DNA from: Bacteroidales bacterium
GTDB lineage: Bacteria; Bacteroidota; Bacteroidia; Bacteroidales; ML635J-15
Direction: 5' to 3'
Length of the DNA: 61,913 bases
Assembly: GCA_045112395.1 (NCBI GenBank)
Contig: JBGUHW010000099.1
Coordinates: forward strand, 1 to 61,913
Positions 9,145-17,114 of this stretch are shown piece by piece (positions within the stretch are counted from its first letter, which is position 1; the number at the start of each line of letters is the position of its first letter). The notes beneath the pieces are model-generated. The model ran no database searches, was not told the origin of the DNA, and saw only the letters and a list, made by a program, of their open reading frames with translations. The position numbers were made by a program, and so were the translations under genes.

Positions 9145-9192
9145 AAACGGGCGTAGCCCATGAAACCAGAAACATGAAACATTGAAACCACC
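9064..9192. repeat. composite of two intergenic repeat families (AGGCTAAAAGAAGA/CTTCAAG..TTTGAGC type, then GAAAC words)
   Basis: 9064-9126 shares aggctaaaagaaga, cttcaag.ctttgagc and gccttctagcc with 15472-15609. 9131-9192 (ccagaaacctagaaacgggcgtagcccatgaaaccagaaacatgaaacattgaaacc) is the inverse of the GTTTC family at 24819-25013. Confidence 0.6.
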
Positions 9193-9194
9193 CC

Positions 9195-9701
9195 ATGACC
9201 GACATCTTCAGCACCGAGAAACGCTCCGACATAATGTCGAAAATCCGCTCTAAAAACACGAAGCCCGAAGTTAAGCTTCGCAAGGCTCTTTTTGCAAGAG
9301 GATTCCGCTATCGCACAAACGACAAGCGACTTCCCGGAACGCCCGACATAGTACTGAGGAAATATGGAACTGTTATATTCGTGAACGGTTGCTTCTGGCA
9401 CCACCACCCCGACTGCAAAATAGCCACTATGCCAAAAACAAACACCGAATTCTGGCAAAGCAAAATCAAACGCAACCGCCAACGCGACTTGGAAAACTAC
9501 TGGAAATTAGGTGAATTGGGATGGGAAGTCATAGTTGTATGGGAATGCGAACTAAACCATGCACACGCAGCAGAAGCCGTAGCCGACAAGATTGCAGAAC
9601 GCCTGCATCGAAAATTGTCTCCGACACCTATCACCTACGACATTCCAGAGGAATCTGAAATCAGAATTGCCGCTGAAGATAATGCTGAATATGGTAAATA
9701 A
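9195..9701 (+). CDS. vsr: very short patch repair endonuclease
   Basis: RSKNTKPEVKLRKALFARGFRYR, PGTPDIVL, FVNGCFWHHH, EFWQSKIKRNRQRD and GWEVIVVWECEL together match Vsr. Confidence 0.9.
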   Translation: MTDIFSTEKRSDIMSKIRSKNTKPEVKLRKALFARGFRYRTNDKRLPGTPDIVLRKYGTVIFVNGCFWHHHPDCKIATMPKTNTEFWQSKIKRNRQRDLENYWKLGELGWEVIVVWECELNHAHAAEAVADKIAERLHRKLSPTPITYDIPEESEIRIAAEDNAEYGK

Positions 9702-9705
9702 TGCC

Positions 9706-10683
9706 TTAATAGTTTCTCGACCTCATCGAATCCATATATGAGCGAAGTACATTTTTCTGCGATTCCGGCAAACTGACTTTTTGCAAATAACTATCGGCAA
9801 TAGCATAGCACTCATCAATCTTCGCGACTGTCAATTCCTTGATTTTCAAGTTATCGTATATAGCTCTTACCGCATTGTACTTTTCGGTTCTGTCAAAATT
9901 TTCTTTTGAGATCCATGCCAATAGTTCCGACTTTGCATTGTCTGTTGCCTTGTTCATGGCATTGATTAGCAAAAAAGTCTTTTTGTTCTCTGCAATGTCG
10001 CCACCGATAGGCTTACCAAAAACCTTCGCATCACCGTATGTATCAAGCAAATCGTCCTGCAACTGAAATGCAAGTCCCGCATACCTGCCATACTCGTATA
10101 TGTTCTCACAATCGGCCTGCGATGCATTAGCAATAAGAGCACCTATTTTCAGACTTCCAGCAAGCAGTACGGCGGTTTTCAGGTTTATCATCTTCATGTA
10201 GTCATCAACGGTAACATTATCATCGGTTTCAAAGTCCATGTCGTACTGCTGACCTTCGCAAATTTCAATTGCCGTCTGCAAAAATACATCAAGAACCGCC
10301 TTGCTGTTAGTTGCAGTCTTCGAGGCACAACGACAAGCCACAAGCGACATAAGGTCGCCAGATAGTATAGCGATATTCTCTGTCCACTTCTTATGCACGG
10401 TTGGGCGGCCCCGCCTCATGTCCGACTTGTCCATTATGTCGTCGTGAAGCAAGGTGAAATTATGGAAAACCTCCAAACCAAGCGCTGCATCAACAGCCAT
10501 TTCGGGCTTTGCACCAAACATCTCAGCCGACATTAGGCACAAAACCGGACGAATCCGCTTCCCTCCTGCCGACAAGGCATACTTTACAGGGTCGTAAAGA
10601 TACTTCGGTTCGCTTTTTACCTCATCCAAAAAACGAGAAAGACTCGTCTTGAAATAATCCAGATAATATTCTTGTGTATTCAT
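9706..10683 (-). CDS. polyprenyl diphosphate synthase
   Basis: Two Asp-rich motifs: LLHDDIMDKSDMRRGRPT and FQLQDDLLD. Confidence 0.9.
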   Translation of the reverse strand: MNTQEYYLDYFKTSLSRFLDEVKSEPKYLYDPVKYALSAGGKRIRPVLCLMSAEMFGAKPEMAVDAALGLEVFHNFTLLHDDIMDKSDMRRGRPTVHKKWTENIAILSGDLMSLVACRCASKTATNSKAVLDVFLQTAIEICEGQQYDMDFETDDNVTVDDYMKMINLKTAVLLAGSLKIGALIANASQADCENIYEYGRYAGLAFQLQDDLLDTYGDAKVFGKPIGGDIAENKKTFLLINAMNKATDNAKSELLAWISKENFDRTEKYNAVRAIYDNLKIKELTVAKIDECYAIADSYLQKVSLPESQKNVLRSYMDSMRSRNY

Positions 10684-10686
10684 ATC

Positions 10687-11682
10687 CTAAAAAATCATGT
10701 CGAAATACATAACCTGCAGTATCTGCGATACAACTATACAGATTAACAATCCATAAAATACAAGTCGCTGAATAGCAATTCGGCGAGAGTTAACAATTAT
10801 ATTCGAAAGCAAATAGCACAATGGGAAATACATAAGCCATACCGACTCGTTGGACGAAAAAGGCGAAAGCATGAAAATCCCCGAATATGCAGTCAGGAAT
10901 AATAAAGAATGGTAATACTTCATTTCGGCGGTCTTACGAAATACCTTCAGCACAAACACAGAAAGTAGCGATACTAAAACAGCAAAAAGCACCGGAAGTC
11001 CAAAAAGATAATTGAGGTAATTATACTTTTCGCCTATTACCAATTTCAATGCTTCCGACTTTACTGAAGAAAGAAGTTCCTCCCAGTCGCCATATAGCCA
11101 TACCATACAAAAGGCAACGCCCACGACAAATAACAAGGAGACAAACATTGAAACCAAGTCGCGCCACGACAAAGGTTTGACAATGGCAACAACAACAATA
11201 AGCGCAGGCAAAAGAAGAACATATTTGTAGGCAAATATAATCGAAAGACCAAACAAAAGGCCTACATCCAGACTTCTTGGCAAATCTTCGTGCTTGTTGT
11301 ACATGCCAAAAATCCTCAATACAGCCAACGCCAAAAATAGTGTTCCAACCATTTCGGGTATGCACCTTTGTGCATTTATTATGCTTCCTGTCAGCAAAGC
11401 AAAAAACAATGATGGCAACTGATAACCAGACTCAACTATCTGGTAGTGGAAATTTATCTTCGACGCATAACAAGCAAAAGCAAAAGCCAACGCAAATGCA
11501 AATGCCGTATAAATGTACTGATACAAAGATGCTTCGTACAAAAACCTGAAAAAATACGATTGCATTCCACCTCCATCCACAGCCGTAGGCATAGCAATGA
11601 ACTTGTACGCCCACAATGCCGCCATGATTATAAATATCAGCAGATAATTGGCAGGATTATTCGATTTCAGCAACCTTAGCAT
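10687..11682 (-). CDS. polytopic integral membrane protein, unknown function
   Basis: 331-aa ORF with about 9 hydrophobic segments, tightly packed between the polyprenyl synthase gene and purD. Confidence 0.65.
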   Translation of the reverse strand: MLRLLKSNNPANYLLIFIIMAALWAYKFIAMPTAVDGGGMQSYFFRFLYEASLYQYIYTAFAFALAFAFACYASKINFHYQIVESGYQLPSLFFALLTGSIINAQRCIPEMVGTLFLALAVLRIFGMYNKHEDLPRSLDVGLLFGLSIIFAYKYVLLLPALIVVVAIVKPLSWRDLVSMFVSLLFVVGVAFCMVWLYGDWEELLSSVKSEALKLVIGEKYNYLNYLFGLPVLFAVLVSLLSVFVLKVFRKTAEMKYYHSLLFLTAYSGIFMLSPFSSNESVWLMYFPLCYLLSNIIVNSRRIAIQRLVFYGLLICIVVSQILQVMYFDMIF

Positions 11683-11692
11683 CTAAATATTC

Positions 11693-12964
11693 CTATTTCA
11701 AGTCAAAACCCAAGTCGGTACGATAGTAGCACTTGTCAAACGAAATGCAACCGGCCGATTCATACGATGTCTTGAGTGCATTAAAAATTGTATCACCATA
11801 ACTGCTCAATGCAATTACTCGACCACCCGAAGTAACAACATCATCACCAGACATTTTTGTTCCCGCATGGAAACAAACACTTGATTTTACTGCATCCAAT
11901 CCGCTAATGACTTTACCTTTTTCGTACGCTTCAGGATAACCTCCCGACACCATCATAACAGTTGCTGCGGAACGTTCATCAAAATCCACTGTCTTACCCG
12001 AAAGCTTGCGCTTGGCTGCTGCTTCAAGCAATTCCACCAAATCGGACTTTATGCGAAGCATTACCGACTCGGTTTCGGGATCGCCCATGCGGACATTATA
12101 TTCAATCACATACGGGTTGCCATCTACATTCATCAGACCAAAGAAAACAAAGCCTCGATAATCCATGCCTTCGGCATTAATACCATCAATGGTTGGCTTC
12201 ACTATTCTTTCCTCGACCTTGCGAGCAAAATCCGTATCGTAGAATGGTACTGGCGAAACCGACCCCATACCTCCTGTATTCAATCCAGTATTTCCTTCAC
12301 CTATACGCTTGTAGTCCTTTGCCTCTGGCAGAAGCACATACGAACTACCATCAGTAATTGCAAAGACAGAACATTCGATACCATCGAGGTACTGCTCAAG
12401 CACAACCTTGTTGCCAGCATTGCCAAATTTTCCGTCAAGTATATTTCTTAGTTCGCGCTTTGCTTCATCAATATTGTCAATTATAAGCACGCCCTTGCCT
12501 GCTGCAAGTCCGTCTGCCTTAAGCACGTAGGGCGGTTTTACGGATTCAAGGAATCGCTCGCCATTAGCAATATTTTCGGATGTAACCGAAAGGAATCCTG
12601 CCGTTGGTATGCCATATTTCATCATGAACTTCTTTGCGAACTCCTTGCTGCCCTCGAGCTGTGCCGAAAACTTGTCGGGACCAATAACCATAAGGTCGGC
12701 AAATTCGGGTTTCGATGCAAAATAATCAACAATACCTTTTACCAAAGGATCTTCTGGTCCAACTACGACCATATTTATATTTGCCTTGCGGACAAAATCG
12801 GCTACCGCATCAAAATCATCTGCCTTAATTGCCACATTTTCAGCTATTGCACTTGTTCCTGGATTTCCTGGCGCAACATACAACTTGTCGACTTTAGGAC
12901 TTGATGATATCTTCCATGTCAATGCATGTTCCCTTCCGCCTGAACCTAATACCAAAATGTTCAT
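11693..12964 (-). CDS. purD: phosphoribosylamine--glycine ligase
   Basis: MNILVLGSGGREHALTWK N-terminus plus an ATP-grasp body; 423 aa. Confidence 0.95.
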   Translation of the reverse strand: MNILVLGSGGREHALTWKISSSPKVDKLYVAPGNPGTSAIAENVAIKADDFDAVADFVRKANINMVVVGPEDPLVKGIVDYFASKPEFADLMVIGPDKFSAQLEGSKEFAKKFMMKYGIPTAGFLSVTSENIANGERFLESVKPPYVLKADGLAAGKGVLIIDNIDEAKRELRNILDGKFGNAGNKVVLEQYLDGIECSVFAITDGSSYVLLPEAKDYKRIGEGNTGLNTGGMGSVSPVPFYDTDFARKVEERIVKPTIDGINAEGMDYRGFVFFGLMNVDGNPYVIEYNVRMGDPETESVMLRIKSDLVELLEAAAKRKLSGKTVDFDERSAATVMMVSGGYPEAYEKGKVISGLDAVKSSVCFHAGTKMSGDDVVTSGGRVIALSSYGDTIFNALKTSYESAGCISFDKCYYRTDLGFDLK

Positions 12965-13197
12965 CTTCTTTATGTTTTTTGTTTTCCTTAAAATGTATTG
13001 TCAATCGGATGACTTCCACTATGTTGTGTAGTGTCCACATCGCCGTTGTAAACGGAATAATATTCCTCAGGCGTTATGCGCACCAACTTGTAGTCTGACT
13101 GCACTCCACTATTGTACAACTGCGATATTTTTACCTCGTTTTCTGATACAGAACGAACATGCATCAGTGCGCGACTATTATACTGGTTATAACCGAT

Positions 13198-13497
13198 TTA
13201 ATAACCTTCTACAGCTTTTTCGTAGTAAATGTTCATCTGCTTGCGACGGATCTCCCACTTCATTGTATCCGTATAGTCGTATTTGTAGTATTTAGATGAG
13301 CCATTTGCATTATCTCCGAAATGGAAATAAGGTATAGATGTGCAAAGTTCACCTGTATCCTCGTTCAATGGCTTCCAATAGCCTTTCATCACGCCCTCCC
13401 ACTCAAGGTCGGTCTTGCTAGGTCCGCAACTTGTTGTACTTATAACAAATGCAGGAAACACAATAGCCAATATAAATACCAATCTCTTCATATTCAT
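13198..13497 (-). CDS. small lipoprotein, possibly truncated by an in-frame TAA
   Basis: Signal peptide with a lipobox-like ISTTSCG. The same frame stays open for another 69 codons after the single TAA at 13198-13200 (see findings). Confidence 0.55.
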   Translation of the reverse strand: MNMKRLVFILAIVFPAFVISTTSCGPSKTDLEWEGVMKGYWKPLNEDTGELCTSIPYFHFGDNANGSSKYYKYDYTDTMKWEIRRKQMNIYYEKAVEGY

Positions 13498-15402
13498 TTA
13501 TTTATGCCAAATTATTTTTCGTTCACTGTTATACAATATTTTCTGATTGTCGAATAGCCACTTTATGACATTTATCGTCTTGTTTTCATCTTCGCCAACC
13601 TTATCTATCAATTCATTGTATAGACATGGCGATTCGTTCACAATGCGTTTTACTTTTTCCAACACAATGTCGAACTCGTATTTGCTCAACCCCAATTCGT
13701 TGCGACGCTGACACACATCGCATTCTCCACACCTGTCAACATCCGTCTCGCCAAAATATGCCAAAAGTTGCTGACTGCGACATTTGTTATCACTAGTAGC
13801 ATAGCGAAGCATAGCCTCCATTTTCGACACTACTCTGTCCTTGCGTGATTTAAGCGCCTGCATATCGAAAAACATGTCATTCTCGCGATGCCTTTCCATC
13901 AGCAGACGAATCAACGGCCTGTTTGTCTTAGGAATATAACTGATTATGCCTTGTTTTGCCAGTGCCTTCAGGTATTCATAAACCGACTGCTCCGATATGC
14001 CTGCCTTCTTTGCAATGTACTCTTCGCTAACATTCACAAAATCGGTAAAGAGGCCCGTGTACATTCTCAGTATCAACTTTATGAACTCATCAAGATTCTT
14101 GTTCTCTATCTGGAATTTGTACAAGTCGTCGCGGCGAACTTCAAACATCACCCTCGAAACCGTATTGGTATCTTCCGTATATTCAAGAAAACCAGCAAAC
14201 ATCAAGGTCTTCAAGCAATTATGCACGGTTAGCACATCTATGTGCGAATGTGCAGAAAAATTGAATATATCGAAAGGAACATCCTGATTGGCACCACATT
14301 CGTACGGAATGCCCAGATAACTGCACACTTCCGAATAAACTTCCTTCACCTTTGGCAACTCGGGAAACGAGGTTGTTATATTCTTCTTGACCTGCGCCTT
14401 GTCGGCATTGTTGGTAAGCAGAAAAGCGTATGCCCTCTTGCCGTCCCTGCCTGCGCGTCCTGCCTCCTGGAAATAAGCTTCGGGCGAATCGGGCAAGTCA
14501 AGGTGAATGACCAAACGCACATCGGGCTTATCGATTCCCATGCCGAAAGCATTGGTACAAACCATAATGCGAATCTGATTCTTCTGCCAAGCCTCCTGCT
14601 TTTCGGAACGCTCCTGCGCCGACAAGCCAGCATGGTAAAAATCTGCCGAAATTCCGTTCTGCTGAAGCAACATGGCATACTCACGCGTCTTTTTACGATT
14701 GCGCACATAGAAAACACCAGATCCTTGCACCTTGTTTACTATATACAAAAGTTTCCGAACCTTATCCTCGGTGTTAATTACATAGTAAACAAGATTCTTC
14801 CGCTCGAAACTTTTCTGGAATACATTGTGTACTGGAAATTTCAGTCTGTCCTGAATATCATCCACAACCTCAGGAGTTGCCGTTGCAGTAAGAGCCAGCA
14901 CTGGCACATCGGGAAGTATTTCGCGAATTTCGGCAATTTCAAGGTAAGGCGGACGGAAATCGTAGCCCCACTGCGATATACAATGCGCCTCATCAACAGT
15001 TATCAAGTTGACATGCATGACCTTGAGCCGTTCACGGAAATAATAGTTCTTAAGTCGCTCTGGCGAAAGATACAGAAACTTATAGTCGCCGTATGTTGCA
15101 TTGTCAACAGCCACCTCTATTTCGTGCTGAGTCATTCCAGAATAAATGGCAACCGCTTTGATTCCACGTTTCTGCAAATTTGCCACCTGATCCTTCATAA
15201 GTGCAATCAACGGAGTAATGACAAGGCACACCCCGCTATTTGCCATGCTGAACACCTGAAAAGTTATCGACTTGCCACCGCCGGTCGGCATCAGTCCAAG
15301 CGTATCTTTTCCCTCCGAGACCGACTTGATAATCTCCTCCTGCGGATAACGAAATGCATCGTATCCCCAATATTTCAGCAATATTTCGCGAAACTGACTC
15401 AT
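13498..15402 (-). CDS. recQ: RecQ-family ATP-dependent DNA helicase
   Basis: MPTGGGKS, VDEAHCISQWGYDFRPPY, LTATAT and a C-terminal Zn cluster (CRSQQLL...DRCGECDVC). I chose the ATG at 15402 (MSQFREILLKYWGYD). The track start at 15417 is a TTG inside the -7 box. Confidence 0.9.
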   Translation of the reverse strand: MSQFREILLKYWGYDAFRYPQEEIIKSVSEGKDTLGLMPTGGGKSITFQVFSMANSGVCLVITPLIALMKDQVANLQKRGIKAVAIYSGMTQHEIEVAVDNATYGDYKFLYLSPERLKNYYFRERLKVMHVNLITVDEAHCISQWGYDFRPPYLEIAEIREILPDVPVLALTATATPEVVDDIQDRLKFPVHNVFQKSFERKNLVYYVINTEDKVRKLLYIVNKVQGSGVFYVRNRKKTREYAMLLQQNGISADFYHAGLSAQERSEKQEAWQKNQIRIMVCTNAFGMGIDKPDVRLVIHLDLPDSPEAYFQEAGRAGRDGKRAYAFLLTNNADKAQVKKNITTSFPELPKVKEVYSEVCSYLGIPYECGANQDVPFDIFNFSAHSHIDVLTVHNCLKTLMFAGFLEYTEDTNTVSRVMFEVRRDDLYKFQIENKNLDEFIKLILRMYTGLFTDFVNVSEEYIAKKAGISEQSVYEYLKALAKQGIISYIPKTNRPLIRLLMERHRENDMFFDMQALKSRKDRVVSKMEAMLRYATSDNKCRSQQLLAYFGETDVDRCGECDVCQRRNELGLSKYEFDIVLEKVKRIVNESPCLYNELIDKVGEDENKTINVIKWLFDNQKILYNSERKIIWHK

Positions 15403-15414
15403 GAGCAGAAAAGG

Positions 15415-15422
15415 CAAAGATA
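15415..15422 (-). promoter_or_regulatory. -7 box TATCTTTG upstream of recQ
   Basis: The reverse complement of caaagata is TATCTTTG, 12 nt upstream of the ATG at 15402. Confidence 0.45.
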
Positions 15423-15430
15423 ATGAGAAA

Positions 15431-15463
15431 TTTTGGATTTACGAAGTACGATTTTGGATTTAC
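15431..15463. repeat. CGTAAAT-word repeat (inverted orientation)
   Basis: ttttggatttacgaagtacgattttggatttac; the reverse complement contains cgtaaatcc twice. Confidence 0.5.
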
Positions 15464-15471
15464 TATTTTTT

Positions 15472-15609
15472 AGGCTAGAAGGCTAAAAGAAGACCAGTCC
15501 AACGGAAGACCAGTATTTCTGTCGGCAAGACTATAAGCAGCAAGACGGTAAACTTCTAGACTGTTAGCCTTCGAGCCTGTCAGCCTTCAAGCCTTTGAGC
15601 TCGCCAGCC
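15472..15609. repeat. GGCT../CAGTCT/ACTGGTCTTC-word intergenic repeat element (inverted copy)
   Basis: The reverse complement reads ...aggctgacaggctcgaaggctaacagtctag...actggtcttccgttggactggtcttctt. It shares words with 20662-20748, 21284-21352 and 22573-22685. Confidence 0.6.
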
Positions 15610-16446
15610 TTACCTGCACAAATTCAGTTTTTCGCAAATCTTCAATGCCTCAACAGCTTCGGTGACATCGTGAACGCGAAGAATGCTTGCACCTTTTGTC
15701 AATGCAATTGTATTTAGTACGGTTGTTCCGTTAAGCGATTGTTCCACGGAGATATTCAGATACCGCCAAAGCATCGACTTGCGCGAAATGCCCACCAGCA
15801 GGGGCAATTCAAAAATGTCGAAATCGCCAAGGTGCTCCATTAGCTCGTAGTTCTGGTCAACTGTCTTAGAAAAGCCAAATCCAGGATCGACAATGATGTC
15901 GGAAACGCCAAACGAATGCAACTTATTTACCTTTTCGGAAAAGAAATGCAGAATATCGTTCATGAACGATTTGTATTCGGTACTGGTGTGTAATGCTGTC
16001 GGATCTGGTGCCCCATGCATAATAATATATGGTGCATGAGTGTCGGCAACGACACCGAACATTTTTGGGTCGGCATCGCCAGCACTTATGTCATTTATTA
16101 TGGAAATGCCATAATCGACAACAGCACGACGGGCAATCTCGGCGCGGAAAGTATCGAGAGAGAAAATATGGTCGGAAAAATGCTTTGCAACAATCTCCAA
16201 TGCTGGCACGAGCCTGCGCCATTCCTCATCGGCAGAAATCACCTCGCAGTTCGGTCGCGTCGACATTCCGCCAAAGTCAATCATGTCGGCACCGTCGGCA
16301 AACATTTTTTCAATGCGTTCTTTGATTTCGCCATTGTCGACCACACGGCTCGCAGGATTGAATGAGTCGGGCGTAAAATTCAAAATCCCCATAATGCGGG
16401 GATTTGAAAAGTCATAAAGCTTACCTTTGATGTTTATGCTGTGCAT
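15610..16446 (-). CDS. folP: dihydropteroate synthase
   Basis: ILNFTPDSF, DFGGMSTRP and GISRKS are pterin-binding DHPS blocks. Confidence 0.92.
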   Translation of the reverse strand: MHSINIKGKLYDFSNPRIMGILNFTPDSFNPASRVVDNGEIKERIEKMFADGADMIDFGGMSTRPNCEVISADEEWRRLVPALEIVAKHFSDHIFSLDTFRAEIARRAVVDYGISIINDISAGDADPKMFGVVADTHAPYIIMHGAPDPTALHTSTEYKSFMNDILHFFSEKVNKLHSFGVSDIIVDPGFGFSKTVDQNYELMEHLGDFDIFELPLLVGISRKSMLWRYLNISVEQSLNGTTVLNTIALTKGASILRVHDVTEAVEALKICEKLNLCR

Positions 16447-17093
16447 TATCTCATGTCAATTATATCGGCATCGGGATACAAAGCCTTGTTGAACTTAACT
16501 TCGGAATCTGAAATTGTTGGATTTTCAAGCATCTTGTCAATCTCAATCAAATAATTTACGCCATCCTTTCCAACATAACGAACCGAGAAAATCTGCTTCT
16601 TGGTCTTGTCGATGCGAATTGTAATCTTCGAATATTTCTTGTTTTCGATCTGCTTCGGGAAAAAGTCGAATTCCAATAAGGCTCTGTTTTTCTCAAACTT
16701 GTCGGAAATGAAATTTACCTTGAATTTCGACTTATAGTCCTTTAGGATTGCCTGCGGATTTGTCATGAAAGCCTCGTTGTCGCCATTGTTTGTAATGCTA
16801 ATCTCCTCGGCATCCCTTAGATATGTCCAGTTTGTCTTTCCATCGGAATAAACCACCTGACCCATAATGTCCATTTTGTACAGGCCTGTCTTGTATATTG
16901 CATTTCCTTTGTATGAATCGCGTTTTGCATTATGCAAATTTTCGACATATAAAGTAAAATCTATTTTCAGTCCGACATATTTTTCGGTCTTTGCTGCTAC
17001 CTGATCAAGAATTTCCATCTGGGGAACAGAACCTTGAGCTACTAGCAAGAGAGTAGCGAACAAACTTATAATCAACAATGTAACCTTTTTCAT
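16446..17093 (-). CDS. LolA-like outer-membrane lipoprotein carrier protein
   Basis: Signal peptide plus a LolA-like beta-rich body, in the conserved position downstream of ftsK. I use the ATG at 17093; the track start at 17099 is a TTG. Confidence 0.72.
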   Translation of the reverse strand: MKKVTLLIISLFATLLLVAQGSVPQMEILDQVAAKTEKYVGLKIDFTLYVENLHNAKRDSYKGNAIYKTGLYKMDIMGQVVYSDGKTNWTYLRDAEEISITNNGDNEAFMTNPQAILKDYKSKFKVNFISDKFEKNRALLEFDFFPKQIENKKYSKITIRIDKTKKQIFSVRYVGKDGVNYLIEIDKMLENPTISDSEVKFNKALYPDADIIDMR

Positions 17094-17114
17094 ATTCAAA
17101 ATTTTTAAATTCTA

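Noticed and set aside
14242-15423. 393-aa plus-strand ORF.
   Set aside because: It is antisense to recQ, whose helicase motifs are unambiguous. The translation is Leu/Ile/Arg-rich with no motifs.
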